Assembly: GCA_963843975.1 (NCBI GenBank)
Contig: CAWJMG010000003.1
Coordinates: 2,070,001-2,102,000, forward strand
Direction of reading: 5' to 3'
DNA from: an uncultured Actinomycetes bacterium
GTDB lineage: Bacteria > Actinomycetota > Actinomycetes > S36-B12 > CAIYMF01
Length of the DNA: 32,000 bases
Program-made: the position numbers and the translations under genes
Part shown: one piece after another, positions 16,697 through 24,197 of the stretch
How the letters are laid out: every line of letters starts with the position of its first letter
Position numbering within the stretch: position 1 is the first letter of the stretch
The notes under the pieces: generated by a model
Database searches by the model: none
Seen by the model: the letters and a program-made list of their open reading frames with translations, nothing else
Told to the model about the DNA's origin: nothing

Positions 16697-17566
16697 TCAG
16701 GAGTTGGCGCGGTACTTGCGGACGGCGAGGGTGCTGAACAGTGCGATGAGCGCGGTGCACGAGATGAGCGTGTAGGCCACCGGGTGCTGCATCGGCCAGG
16801 GCGAGGACGCCAGGTTGTCGGCGAGGCCGGTCGGGTTGCCGAACAGCTCGCGGCAGGCGAGCACCAGCGACGACACCGGGTTCCACTCGGCGAAGGTGCG
16901 CAGGAGTGCGGGCATGCCCGCGAGCGGCACGAACGCGTTCGACAGGAACGTCAGCGGGAAGAGCCAGATCAGGCCGGCGGTGCTGGCCGTCTGCGGATTC
17001 GGCATGTGCAGCCCGACCCACGACCCGATCCACGCCACGGTGTAGGCGAAGAGCAGCAGCAGGAGGTACGCGAGCACCGCGTTGAGGAAGCCGTTGTCGA
17101 TGCGCCACCCGACGATGTAGCCGGTGATCGAGAGCACCACGAGCACACCGATCTGCTGCAGCGCGTCCGCCGCCGTGCGGCCGAACAGGACGGCCGAGGC
17201 CGCCATCGGCAGCGAGCGGAACCGGTCGACGATGCCCTTGTGCAGGTCGTCGGCGAGACCCACGGTCGAGGCGGCCGCGGCGAACGCGACGGTCTGGCCG
17301 AAGATGCCGGGGATGAGGTACTGCCGGTACGCCTCGGCGCCTGCGCCCGGGTCTGCCCCGGGGACGGGGATCGCGCCGCCGAAGACGTACGCGAACATCA
17401 GCACGAAGATCACGGGCTGCACGAGCGAGAAGAAGATGCTCTCGGGGACGCGCAGCGACTGGATGAGGTTGCGCTTGGCGACGACGACGCCGTCGTGCAG
17501 GAACCAGCCGATGCCGGGGCGCTTCAGCTCGCGCCCGACCGGCGAGGGTGCGGTGGTGGCAGCCAT
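16697..17566 (-). CDS. ABC-2 type transporter permease (DrrB-like).
   Basis: 289 aa with 6 TM segments. …VVAKRNLIQSLRVPESIFFSLVQPVIFVLMFAYVFGG… The ATG lies 1 nt after the ATPase stop. Confidence 0.9.
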   Translation of the reverse strand: MAATTAPSPVGRELKRPGIGWFLHDGVVVAKRNLIQSLRVPESIFFSLVQPVIFVLMFAYVFGGAIPVPGADPGAGAEAYRQYLIPGIFGQTVAFAAAASTVGLADDLHKGIVDRFRSLPMAASAVLFGRTAADALQQIGVLVVLSITGYIVGWRIDNGFLNAVLAYLLLLLFAYTVAWIGSWVGLHMPNPQTASTAGLIWLFPLTFLSNAFVPLAGMPALLRTFAEWNPVSSLVLACRELFGNPTGLADNLASSPWPMQHPVAYTLISCTALIALFSTLAVRKYRANS

Positions 17567-17567
17567 G

Positions 17568-18581
17568 TCAGGCCTCCTTCTTCGCGCGGCCGCGCTTGCG
17601 TCCGGTGGTGGCAGGGGTGGTCTCCTCCTCGGCCGCGTGGCCGGTGAGGGTGAGGAACACGTCGTCGAGCGTGGGACGTCGCAGCGCGAGGTCGTCGACC
17701 TTCACCCCGGCCGAGTCGAGCGCGCGGACCGCCTCGACCAGGACCGTCGAGCCGCCGGAGACCGGGGCGCGCAGGGTGCGGGTGTCGGCGTCGACGACGG
17801 CGTCGCCGTCGCTGACCGACCGCACCGCGGCCACTGCCGCGTCGAGGTCGGTGCCGGGCGACACCACGATCTCGAGGCGGTCGCCGCCGACCTCGGTCTT
17901 GAGCTCGTCGCTCGTGCCCTGCGCGATGATGCGGCCCTTGTCGATGACGACGATGCGCTCGGCGAGCTGGTCGGCCTCCTCGAGGTACTGCGTGGTGAGC
18001 AGGACGGTGGTGCCGTCGGCGACGAGGTCGGTGATGACCTCCCACATCTGCAGGCGCGAGCGCGGGTCGAGGCCCGTGGTCGGCTCGTCGAGGAACAGGA
18101 TCTTCGGGTTGCCCATGAGGCTGGCCGACAGGTCGAGGCGGCGACGCATGCCGCCGCTGTAGGTCTTGGCCGGTCGGTCGGCGGCATCGGTGAGCGAGAA
18201 GCGCTCGAGCAGCTCGTCCGCCCGGTTCTTCACGTACGCCTTGGGCAGGTGGTAGAGCCGCCCGATCATGTCGAGGTTCTCGCGGCCGGTGAGGTACTCG
18301 TCGACCGCGGCGTACTGCCCCGTGAGGCCGATCTGGCGGCGTACCTCGTCGGGCTTCTTGGCGACGTCGATGCCGGCGACGGTGGCGTGGCCGCCCGTCG
18401 GCTTGAGGAGCGTCGCGAGGATGCGCACGGTCGTGGTCTTGCCGGCGCCGTTCGGGCCGAGCAGCCCGTAGACCGTGCCGTACGGGACCGTGAGGTCGAT
18501 GCCGTCGACGGCCTTGACGTCGCCGAAGTGCTTCACGAGGCCTTCGGCGTGGATCGCCGCCTCGCCGGGTGGATGTGCCAT
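17568..18581 (-). CDS. ABC transporter ATP-binding protein (DrrA/daunorubicin-resistance family).
   Basis: Walker A GPNGAGKTT, signature YSGGMRRR, Walker B ILFLDEPTTGLD, and a DrrA-type C-terminal extension. Confidence 0.9.
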   Translation of the reverse strand: MAHPPGEAAIHAEGLVKHFGDVKAVDGIDLTVPYGTVYGLLGPNGAGKTTTVRILATLLKPTGGHATVAGIDVAKKPDEVRRQIGLTGQYAAVDEYLTGRENLDMIGRLYHLPKAYVKNRADELLERFSLTDAADRPAKTYSGGMRRRLDLSASLMGNPKILFLDEPTTGLDPRSRLQMWEVITDLVADGTTVLLTTQYLEEADQLAERIVVIDKGRIIAQGTSDELKTEVGGDRLEIVVSPGTDLDAAVAAVRSVSDGDAVVDADTRTLRAPVSGGSTVLVEAVRALDSAGVKVDDLALRRPTLDDVFLTLTGHAAEEETTPATTGRKRGRAKKEA

Positions 18582-18705
18582 GGATGGAGCCTTCCCCTCG
18601 ATGGTGATGCGCGCATACGGGTTTCGCCCCTCGCGGAACCCGTGCGGTGAACTGGATACCGGTTGACGCCGGGTGAGGGTCCAGGGTGCGCGGCACCCCG
18701 GACGC

Positions 18706-19092
18706 TCAGTCGGTGAGCAGCTTCTCCGCCTCGTCGACGGTGATCCGGCCGGCAGCCACGTCCGCGAGGACGGCGTCGCGGTCGACGGACTTCGCCGCCG
18801 CGGCGGGGTCCTCGAGCCCGAGCCTGGCGAGCAGGTCGGCGTACCTCTGGCGGGTGGTGGGGTACGAGACGCCCAGGTGCTTCTCGAGCTCGCGCATGTT
18901 GCCGCGGCTCACGAGGAAGACGCGCAGCATCTCGAGCTCGTCGTCCGACAGCGCGTCGTACGGGCTCATCCGGAACGCGCCGCTGATGCCGGTGCCGCAC
19001 TCGGGGCACCCGCAGCCCGTGATGACGAGCTCGTGCGCGCACACCGGGCACGAGCGCGGGGCACGACGGACGGGATCGGAAGCCGGGGTCAT
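18706..19092 (-). CDS. DUF2089 protein (zinc ribbon plus HTH) with a SHOCT-like C-terminal tail.
   Basis: CPVCAHELVITGCGCPECGTGISGAF…LSDDELEMLRVFLVSRGNMRELEKHLGVSYPTTRQRYADLLARLG is the DUF2089 signature. The tail is …VLADVAAGRITVDEAEKLL. The ATG overlaps the upstream stop (ATGA). Confidence 0.75.
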   Translation of the reverse strand: MTPASDPVRRAPRSCPVCAHELVITGCGCPECGTGISGAFRMSPYDALSDDELEMLRVFLVSRGNMRELEKHLGVSYPTTRQRYADLLARLGLEDPAAAAKSVDRDAVLADVAAGRITVDEAEKLLTD

Positions 19093-19865
19093 GACGCCAC
19101 CGCCACCGAGGCCGAGCCGAGCCGGACGGCGATCGTGAACGGGTGCGTACCCGCGCCGACGACGTACGACTGCCGGGCGGAGGACGCCTCGCGCTTGGGC
19201 ATGCCCGCGATCTTCACCTCGCCGAGGTCGGTCGTCGCGGTCACGGTGACGTCGGACCCGGGCAGCAGCCGGACGTCGAGGCTGCCGAGCTCGCAGGACA
19301 GGTCGCTCGACTCGCGCACGGTGGCCACGACGTCGAGCGAGCCCATCGCGAGGCTGCCGTGCAGGGCTCCGACGTGGTCGCGGACCTGGACGGACGACGC
19401 GCTGCCGCCGAGCGTCAGTGCGGCCCGCATGCCGGAGATCTCGACCGCGCACGCCGTGGCCTCGACGGTCAGGGCCAGCGCGGGATTGATCCGGACCATC
19501 ACCTTCTGGCCGCGGCCGCCGGTCCAGACGGTGGGCACCCAGCCGAGGAAGCGCGGGGGCGGGGTGGTGCGGTAGCCATCCTCGCTCGGGGCGTCGAGCA
19601 CGAGGACCGAGCCCTCGCGACGGACGGCGTGCGGGCCGTCGGCGACCGCGGTCGCAACGGTGGGGTCGGCGACGATCGTGAGCTTCACGCCGCCGGCGTG
19701 GATGGCCACGGCCGTGGGCGGGGCCTCGGAGCTGATGCCGTCCCGGCGGTCGAGGGTGGGGGCGGCGGGGTCCTCGTCGAGCCGGCGGGCTGCCTCGGCA
19801 GGGTCGATCTCGCCGGAGGCCACCCGCGTGAGCAGGTCGCGCAGTGCAGTGGTGTCATCGGTCAT
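19089..19865 (-). CDS. SHOCT-like N-terminal domain fused to a DUF4097/Toastrack-like beta-repeat domain.
   Basis: N-terminus LRDLLTRVASGEIDPAEAARRLDE. C-terminal periodic strands …ISGMRAALTLGGSASSVQVRD.VGALHGSLAMGSLDVVATVRESSDLSCELGSLDVRLLPGSDVTVTATTDLGEVKI are typical of DUF4097-type repeats. No TM segment seen. Confidence 0.65.
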   Translation of the reverse strand: MTDDTTALRDLLTRVASGEIDPAEAARRLDEDPAAPTLDRRDGISSEAPPTAVAIHAGGVKLTIVADPTVATAVADGPHAVRREGSVLVLDAPSEDGYRTTPPPRFLGWVPTVWTGGRGQKVMVRINPALALTVEATACAVEISGMRAALTLGGSASSVQVRDHVGALHGSLAMGSLDVVATVRESSDLSCELGSLDVRLLPGSDVTVTATTDLGEVKIAGMPKREASSARQSYVVGAGTHPFTIAVRLGSASVAVAS

Positions 19866-19891
19866 GGGATGACTGTAAAACGGTTCTTTCT

Positions 19892-19917
19892 ACTTTGGCA
19901 ACCCCGGTTGCCAAAGT
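19892..19917. promoter_or_regulatory. 12-bp-arm palindrome (ACTTTGGCAACC cc GGTTGCCAAAGT) overlapping a candidate leaderless promoter of the Toastrack/DUF2089 operon. Also positioned as the ilvA terminator.
   Basis: Arms read directly from the sequence. On the minus strand, TTGCCA (19901..19896), an 18-nt spacer and TACAGT (19877..19872) sit 6 nt before ATG 19865. This is the lowest-GC stretch locally. Confidence 0.35.
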
Positions 19918-19921
19918 TCTC

Positions 19922-21134
19922 TCATCCGGCCCGGACGTGGAAGCCCTCCCGGGCGAGGTGGGCGAGGACGTCCTCCCGGTGGGCGGGGCCGCGGGTCTCC
20001 ACCTGCACCTCGATCTCCACCTCGTGCAGGTGCAGCTGGGGGTCGGCCCGTCCGTGCTCCACCTCGACCACGTTCGCGTCGGCGGCGGCGAGGGCTGCGA
20101 GCAGGGAGGCCAGCGAGCCGGGCCGGTCGGGCATGCGCACGGTGAGGGTGCTGTAACGGCCGGCAGCGGCGAGGCCGTGGCGGATCACGCGCAGCAGCAG
20201 CAGCGGGTCGACGTTGCCGCCGGACACGACCACCACCACCGGGGGCTCGAACGCCTGCGGGTCGTCGAGCACGGCCGCCAGCCCGGCCGCACCTGCGGGC
20301 TCCACGACGAGCTTGCCCCGCTCGAGCGTGAGGACGAGGGCCCGAGCGATGGTCTCGTCGTCGACGACCACGATGTCGTCGACGAGGTGGTCGACCAGCG
20401 CGAACGGCACGTCGCCCGGCCGCCCGACGGCGATGCCGTCGGCCATGGTCGACATCGAGGCGAGCGCGACCGGGTGGTGCGCCTTGAGCGAGTCGGGGTA
20501 CGCCGCTGCTCCCGCGGCCTGGACGCCGACGATGCGTACGTCGGGGCGCACAGCCTTCACGGCCACGGCGATACCTGCGAGCAGCCCGCCGCCGCCGGTG
20601 CACACGACGATCGTCTTCACGTCCGGTCGCTGCTCGAGGATCTCGAGGCCCACCGTGCCCTGCCCGGCGACGATGTCCTTGTGGTCGAACGGATGGATGA
20701 GGATTGCACCCGTCGCGTCGGCGAACTCCTGCGCCGCGACGAGGCACTCGTCGATGGCCGAGCCGATGAACCGGACCTCGGCGCCGTACCCGCGCGTGGC
20801 CGCCACCTTCGGCAGGGGCGCGCCGACGGGCATGAACACCGTCGCGCTGATGCCGAGCATCGACGCCGCGAGGGCCACCCCCTGCGCGTGGTTGCCGGCG
20901 CTCGCGGCCACGACGCCGCGGGCCCGCTCCTCCTCCGACAGCCGCACCATGCGCGTGTAGGCGCCGCGGATCTTGAAGCTGCCGGCCCGCTGGAGGTTCT
21001 CGCACTTGAGCTTCGACCGGTCCCCCGACCTTGTCGGCGAGCCACCGGGCGGGCCGCAGCGGGGTCTCGCGGGCCACCCCCTTGAGGGCGATCCGCGCTG
21101 CTTCGACGTCCTGCACCGTCACCGTCTCGATCAC
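19922..21134 (-). pseudogene. ilvA: Threonine ammonia-lyase (biosynthetic/short IlvA with a C-terminal ACT-like domain), interrupted by a +1 frameshift at 21008..21014.
   Basis: N-terminal frame from GTG 21134: MIETVTVQDVEAARIALKGVARETPLRPARWLADKVGGPV. The shifted frame continues (E)LKCENLQRAGSFKIRGAYTRMVRLSEEERARGVVAASAGNHAQGVA…, which contains the PLP-lysine motif SFKIRGA. The span is 1213 nt (404 codons + 1). Deleting one A of gene-strand GAAGCTC restores a 403-aa protein. Confidence 0.85.
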
Positions 21135-21161
21135 GCCGTGCAGTCTGCCGTTCGTTTGCGA

Positions 21162-21206
21162 TGAAGGGGGCTTTCGTTGCTAAGAGCGCAACAAAGTCAC
21201 CCTTCA
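21162..21206. promoter_or_regulatory. Compound imperfect hairpin or palindrome in the ilvA / P450 divergent intergenic region.
   Basis: TGAAGGG gg CTTTcGTTGC taagagc GCAACAAAG tca CCCTTCA: an outer 7-bp stem plus an inner 9-bp stem with one bulge. Locally low GC. Confidence 0.3.
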
Positions 21207-21309
21207 CGGACGCCGCGATCCACAGGCTGGCGCCGTGTCCGGGTCATGTCAGCGTCGTGCAAGGACCACCTCACCGGGGTGTCGCCGTTCACCGAGGAGG
21301 GGTACACCT

Positions 21310-22827
21310 GTGCCTGTGACCACGATGTCCGAGCGACGCCGCACCCGCGAGGCCGCCGCGCGTGCCGCCGCCCGCCGCCGTCCGCGCGAGGACGCGCCCA
21401 CCCCGGCGGAGAGCCGCCTCGACCGTGTCGAGCGGCCAGACGGCCCCTGGGGCGCCGGCGTCGTCCTCAGCCTGCTCAGCCGACGCGAGCCGCCGAACCG
21501 CCTCTTCGAGACCATCGCGCGCGGCCATGGGCCGGTCACGCACTACACGATGGCCGGCGAGCACGTGTACCTGCTCAGCGACCCCGACCTCATCACCGAG
21601 GTGTTCCTGACCCGCGCCCGAGAGGTCATGAAGGGTCGCGGGCTGCAAGCCGCGAGGCCGATCCTCGGCAACGGCCTGCTCACGAGCGAGGGCGAGTTCC
21701 ACTTGCGCCAGCGCCGTCTCGCGCAGCCGGCGTTCCACAAGCAGCGCATCGCGGCGTATGCCGACGACATGGTCCGTGAGGCGCTGCGGCACCAGGGATC
21801 CTGGCGTGACGGCGAGCAGGTCGAGATGGTCGACGAGATGACGTCGCTGACCTTCGCGATCGTCGGCCGCACGCTGTTCGGCACCGACCTCACCGGCGAC
21901 GCGCAGGCGTTCGGCGACACGCTCGAGGAGCTGATGAGCGGCTTCGGGCAGCTCTCGGCGATCGGCAACGAGCGGCTGGTGCGCGCGCTGCCCAAGGGCC
22001 GCCATCTCCTGTCGCGCGTGGAGGATCTCGACGCCGTCGTGCAGCGGATCATCGATGAGCACCGCGCGAAGATCGAGGCGGGCGAGGCGGGCGACGACCT
22101 GCTGACGTGGATGATCCAGGCGCGCGACGCCGAGGGCGCCGACCGCTTCGGCGAGTCGATGACCGACGACCAGCTGCGCGACGAGGTCATGACGATGGTG
22201 CTCGCCGGTCACGAGACGACCGCGATGGCACTGTCGTGGGCCTGGTGGCTGCTGTCGGCGCATCCCTCGATCGCCGACCGCGTCGCGGCCGAGGCCACCG
22301 GCGTGCTGCGCGAACCCTCGGCCGACGACGGCCTGCGCGCACCGACCATCGAGGACATCGCGGCGCTGCCGTTCACGCACGCGGTGGTCGCCGAGACGAT
22401 CCGCCTCTACCCGCCCGCGTGGATCATGGGACGCCGCACCCTCACCGACATGCGCCTCGGCGACTGGGACGTCCCCTCGGGGTCGATCGTGCTCGGGTCG
22501 CCGTGGATCATGCACCGCGATCCGGACCTCTGGCCGCGGGCGACGTCGTTCAACCCCGACCGCTGGCTCGACGCCGACGGCGCGTACGACGAGAGCGCGC
22601 CGGGCCAGCGCCGCGGCGCCTACATCCCGTTCGGCTTCGGCAACCGCCGGTGCATCGGCGAGCAGTTCGCCTGGACCGAGGCGATCCTGCTGCTCGCAAC
22701 GCTCGCCGCACGCTGGGACGCCCGCCTCGTCCCGGGCTCGCCCGTCGACACGCAGGCGGCCGTCACGCTGCGCCCTGCCCACGGCCTGCCCATGACGCTC
22801 CGGCTGCGTCCGGCGCCGTCCGACTGA
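21310..22827 (+). CDS. Cytochrome P450.
   Basis: I-helix MVLAGHETTA, EXXR AETIRLYPP, and heme loop FGFGNRRCIGEQFA. GTG 21310 lies 9 nt after GAGGAGG. ATG 21325 is an alternative start. Confidence 0.9.
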   Translation: MPVTTMSERRRTREAAARAAARRRPREDAPTPAESRLDRVERPDGPWGAGVVLSLLSRREPPNRLFETIARGHGPVTHYTMAGEHVYLLSDPDLITEVFLTRAREVMKGRGLQAARPILGNGLLTSEGEFHLRQRRLAQPAFHKQRIAAYADDMVREALRHQGSWRDGEQVEMVDEMTSLTFAIVGRTLFGTDLTGDAQAFGDTLEELMSGFGQLSAIGNERLVRALPKGRHLLSRVEDLDAVVQRIIDEHRAKIEAGEAGDDLLTWMIQARDAEGADRFGESMTDDQLRDEVMTMVLAGHETTAMALSWAWWLLSAHPSIADRVAAEATGVLREPSADDGLRAPTIEDIAALPFTHAVVAETIRLYPPAWIMGRRTLTDMRLGDWDVPSGSIVLGSPWIMHRDPDLWPRATSFNPDRWLDADGAYDESAPGQRRGAYIPFGFGNRRCIGEQFAWTEAILLLATLAARWDARLVPGSPVDTQAAVTLRPAHGLPMTLRLRPAPSD

Positions 22828-22968
22828 GGGCCGGTCGGCCACCCGCCCGACACCGAAGCGTCACCGGGCATCCCCCATCCGGTCGAGCCGGTCGCCTCGT
22901 GCACCGCCGATACCCTGATCAGAACGTGTGCGGGCGGACGTCGGCACGCACGAGCCAGGGGACGGGCC

Positions 22969-24180
22969 ATGAGCGACAGCAACGACATCACGGGCGGCGA
23001 CGCCGGCGGTCAGGGCCACCAGCCCGTCAGCTGGGAGCCGCCCATCGGGTCGCCGGCCATGTCGCCTCTCGAGACCCTCGGCGACGGCACGAGCACCGAC
23101 ATCCTCCCCGCGGTCGAGCCACGGGCACCGCGCAGCAAGCGGCCGTGGCTCATCGGCACCGCCGTCGCGGCCGTGCTGGTCCTCGTGCTCGGAGGCGCTG
23201 CCGCCGCACTGCTGCTCAACCGTCCCGACGTGAAGCTGCAGCGCGCCCTGTCCGCGACCACCGACCGTCCGACCGGCAGCATGACCATGTCGGTGCGCGC
23301 CTCCGACGTCGGTGACGAGCTCGCGCAGAGCCTCGTCGACAACGGATCGGTGCGCCTCGCGTGGGACCACCCGGGCGACCAGCAGCAGATCACCGTGCTC
23401 ATGCACGGCGACAAGGTCGTCGACGTCGTTTCGACCCCCGACAGCGTGGTCATCACGCAGGGTCTGGCCTCTCTCCCGCTTCCGGGCATCGAGGACACGC
23501 TCGCCGCGATGCGGGAGGCCGGCAGGGCGCTCGGGCCGGACGGCGAGGCGCTCGTCGACTTCACCCGCGGTGTCCCCCTCCGCATCAAGACCGGCCCAGA
23601 CTCGGCCTTCGGCAAGCTGCTCAAGCAGGCAGAGAGCACGTCCGGCTCGAAGAACCAGCTCGACGAGGCGAAGATCCAGTCCGTCGTCGACAAGATCCAG
23701 CAGAGCGTGCGCGACCACGTCACGGTCACCGACGAGGGCTCCGACGAGTCGGGCGACCAGCTGCGCGCGACGGTCCCCCTCAAGCCGGTGATCGCCGACG
23801 TCGCGCCGACCGTCGCGGAGATCGTCGGCCAGCCCGTTCCAGCCGACCTGCTCTCCGGTGTGAAGGGCGACCCCACACTGGTTGTCGACACCTGGGTCAA
23901 GGACGGCGTGATCGCCAAGGTCGAGATCGACCTCGGCCCGCTGATGCAGGACTCCGTCGGTGGCGGTGCCGCGCCGGACATCACGCTCGTGATCGAGATG
24001 AGCGACGTCGGGGTGCAGATGCCGCCCGCGCCGATCTCGGACCTGCCGGACTCGATCTTCGACAGCCTCGGCAGCGGACTGCTGGGCGGCATGGGCGGTC
24101 TCGGCGGGCTCGGTGCCGGTGGGGGCAACGACTTCGGCGTCGAGTCCAGCAGCGACTTCGACGTCACCGAGAGCTCGTAG
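22969..24180 (+). CDS. Hypothetical single-pass membrane protein with a large extracytoplasmic domain and a Gly-rich acidic C-terminus.
   Basis: High GC3. TM segment WLIGTAVAAVLVLVLGGAAAALLL at about residues 60-83. C-terminal GSGLLGGMGGLGGLGAGGGNDFGVESSSDFDVTESS. I recognise no family. Confidence 0.6.
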   Translation: MSDSNDITGGDAGGQGHQPVSWEPPIGSPAMSPLETLGDGTSTDILPAVEPRAPRSKRPWLIGTAVAAVLVLVLGGAAAALLLNRPDVKLQRALSATTDRPTGSMTMSVRASDVGDELAQSLVDNGSVRLAWDHPGDQQQITVLMHGDKVVDVVSTPDSVVITQGLASLPLPGIEDTLAAMREAGRALGPDGEALVDFTRGVPLRIKTGPDSAFGKLLKQAESTSGSKNQLDEAKIQSVVDKIQQSVRDHVTVTDEGSDESGDQLRATVPLKPVIADVAPTVAEIVGQPVPADLLSGVKGDPTLVVDTWVKDGVIAKVEIDLGPLMQDSVGGGAAPDITLVIEMSDVGVQMPPAPISDLPDSIFDSLGSGLLGGMGGLGGLGAGGGNDFGVESSSDFDVTESS

Positions 24181-24197
24181 CCGGGGGCAAGCCCCGG
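24181..24197. terminator. Short hairpin CCGGGG gcaag CCCCGG filling the 17-nt gap between convergent genes.
   Basis: Read directly from the sequence: 6-bp GC stem with a 5-nt loop. Confidence 0.35.

Noticed and set aside
20617-21207. ORF starting MKGDFVALLATKAPFIANERQ… in the ilvA leader, considered as a possible attenuation leader peptide.
   Set aside because: It is not enriched in Ile/Val/Thr codons, runs 196 aa out of frame through ilvA and has low GC3 at its start. It is more likely non-coding leader sequence.
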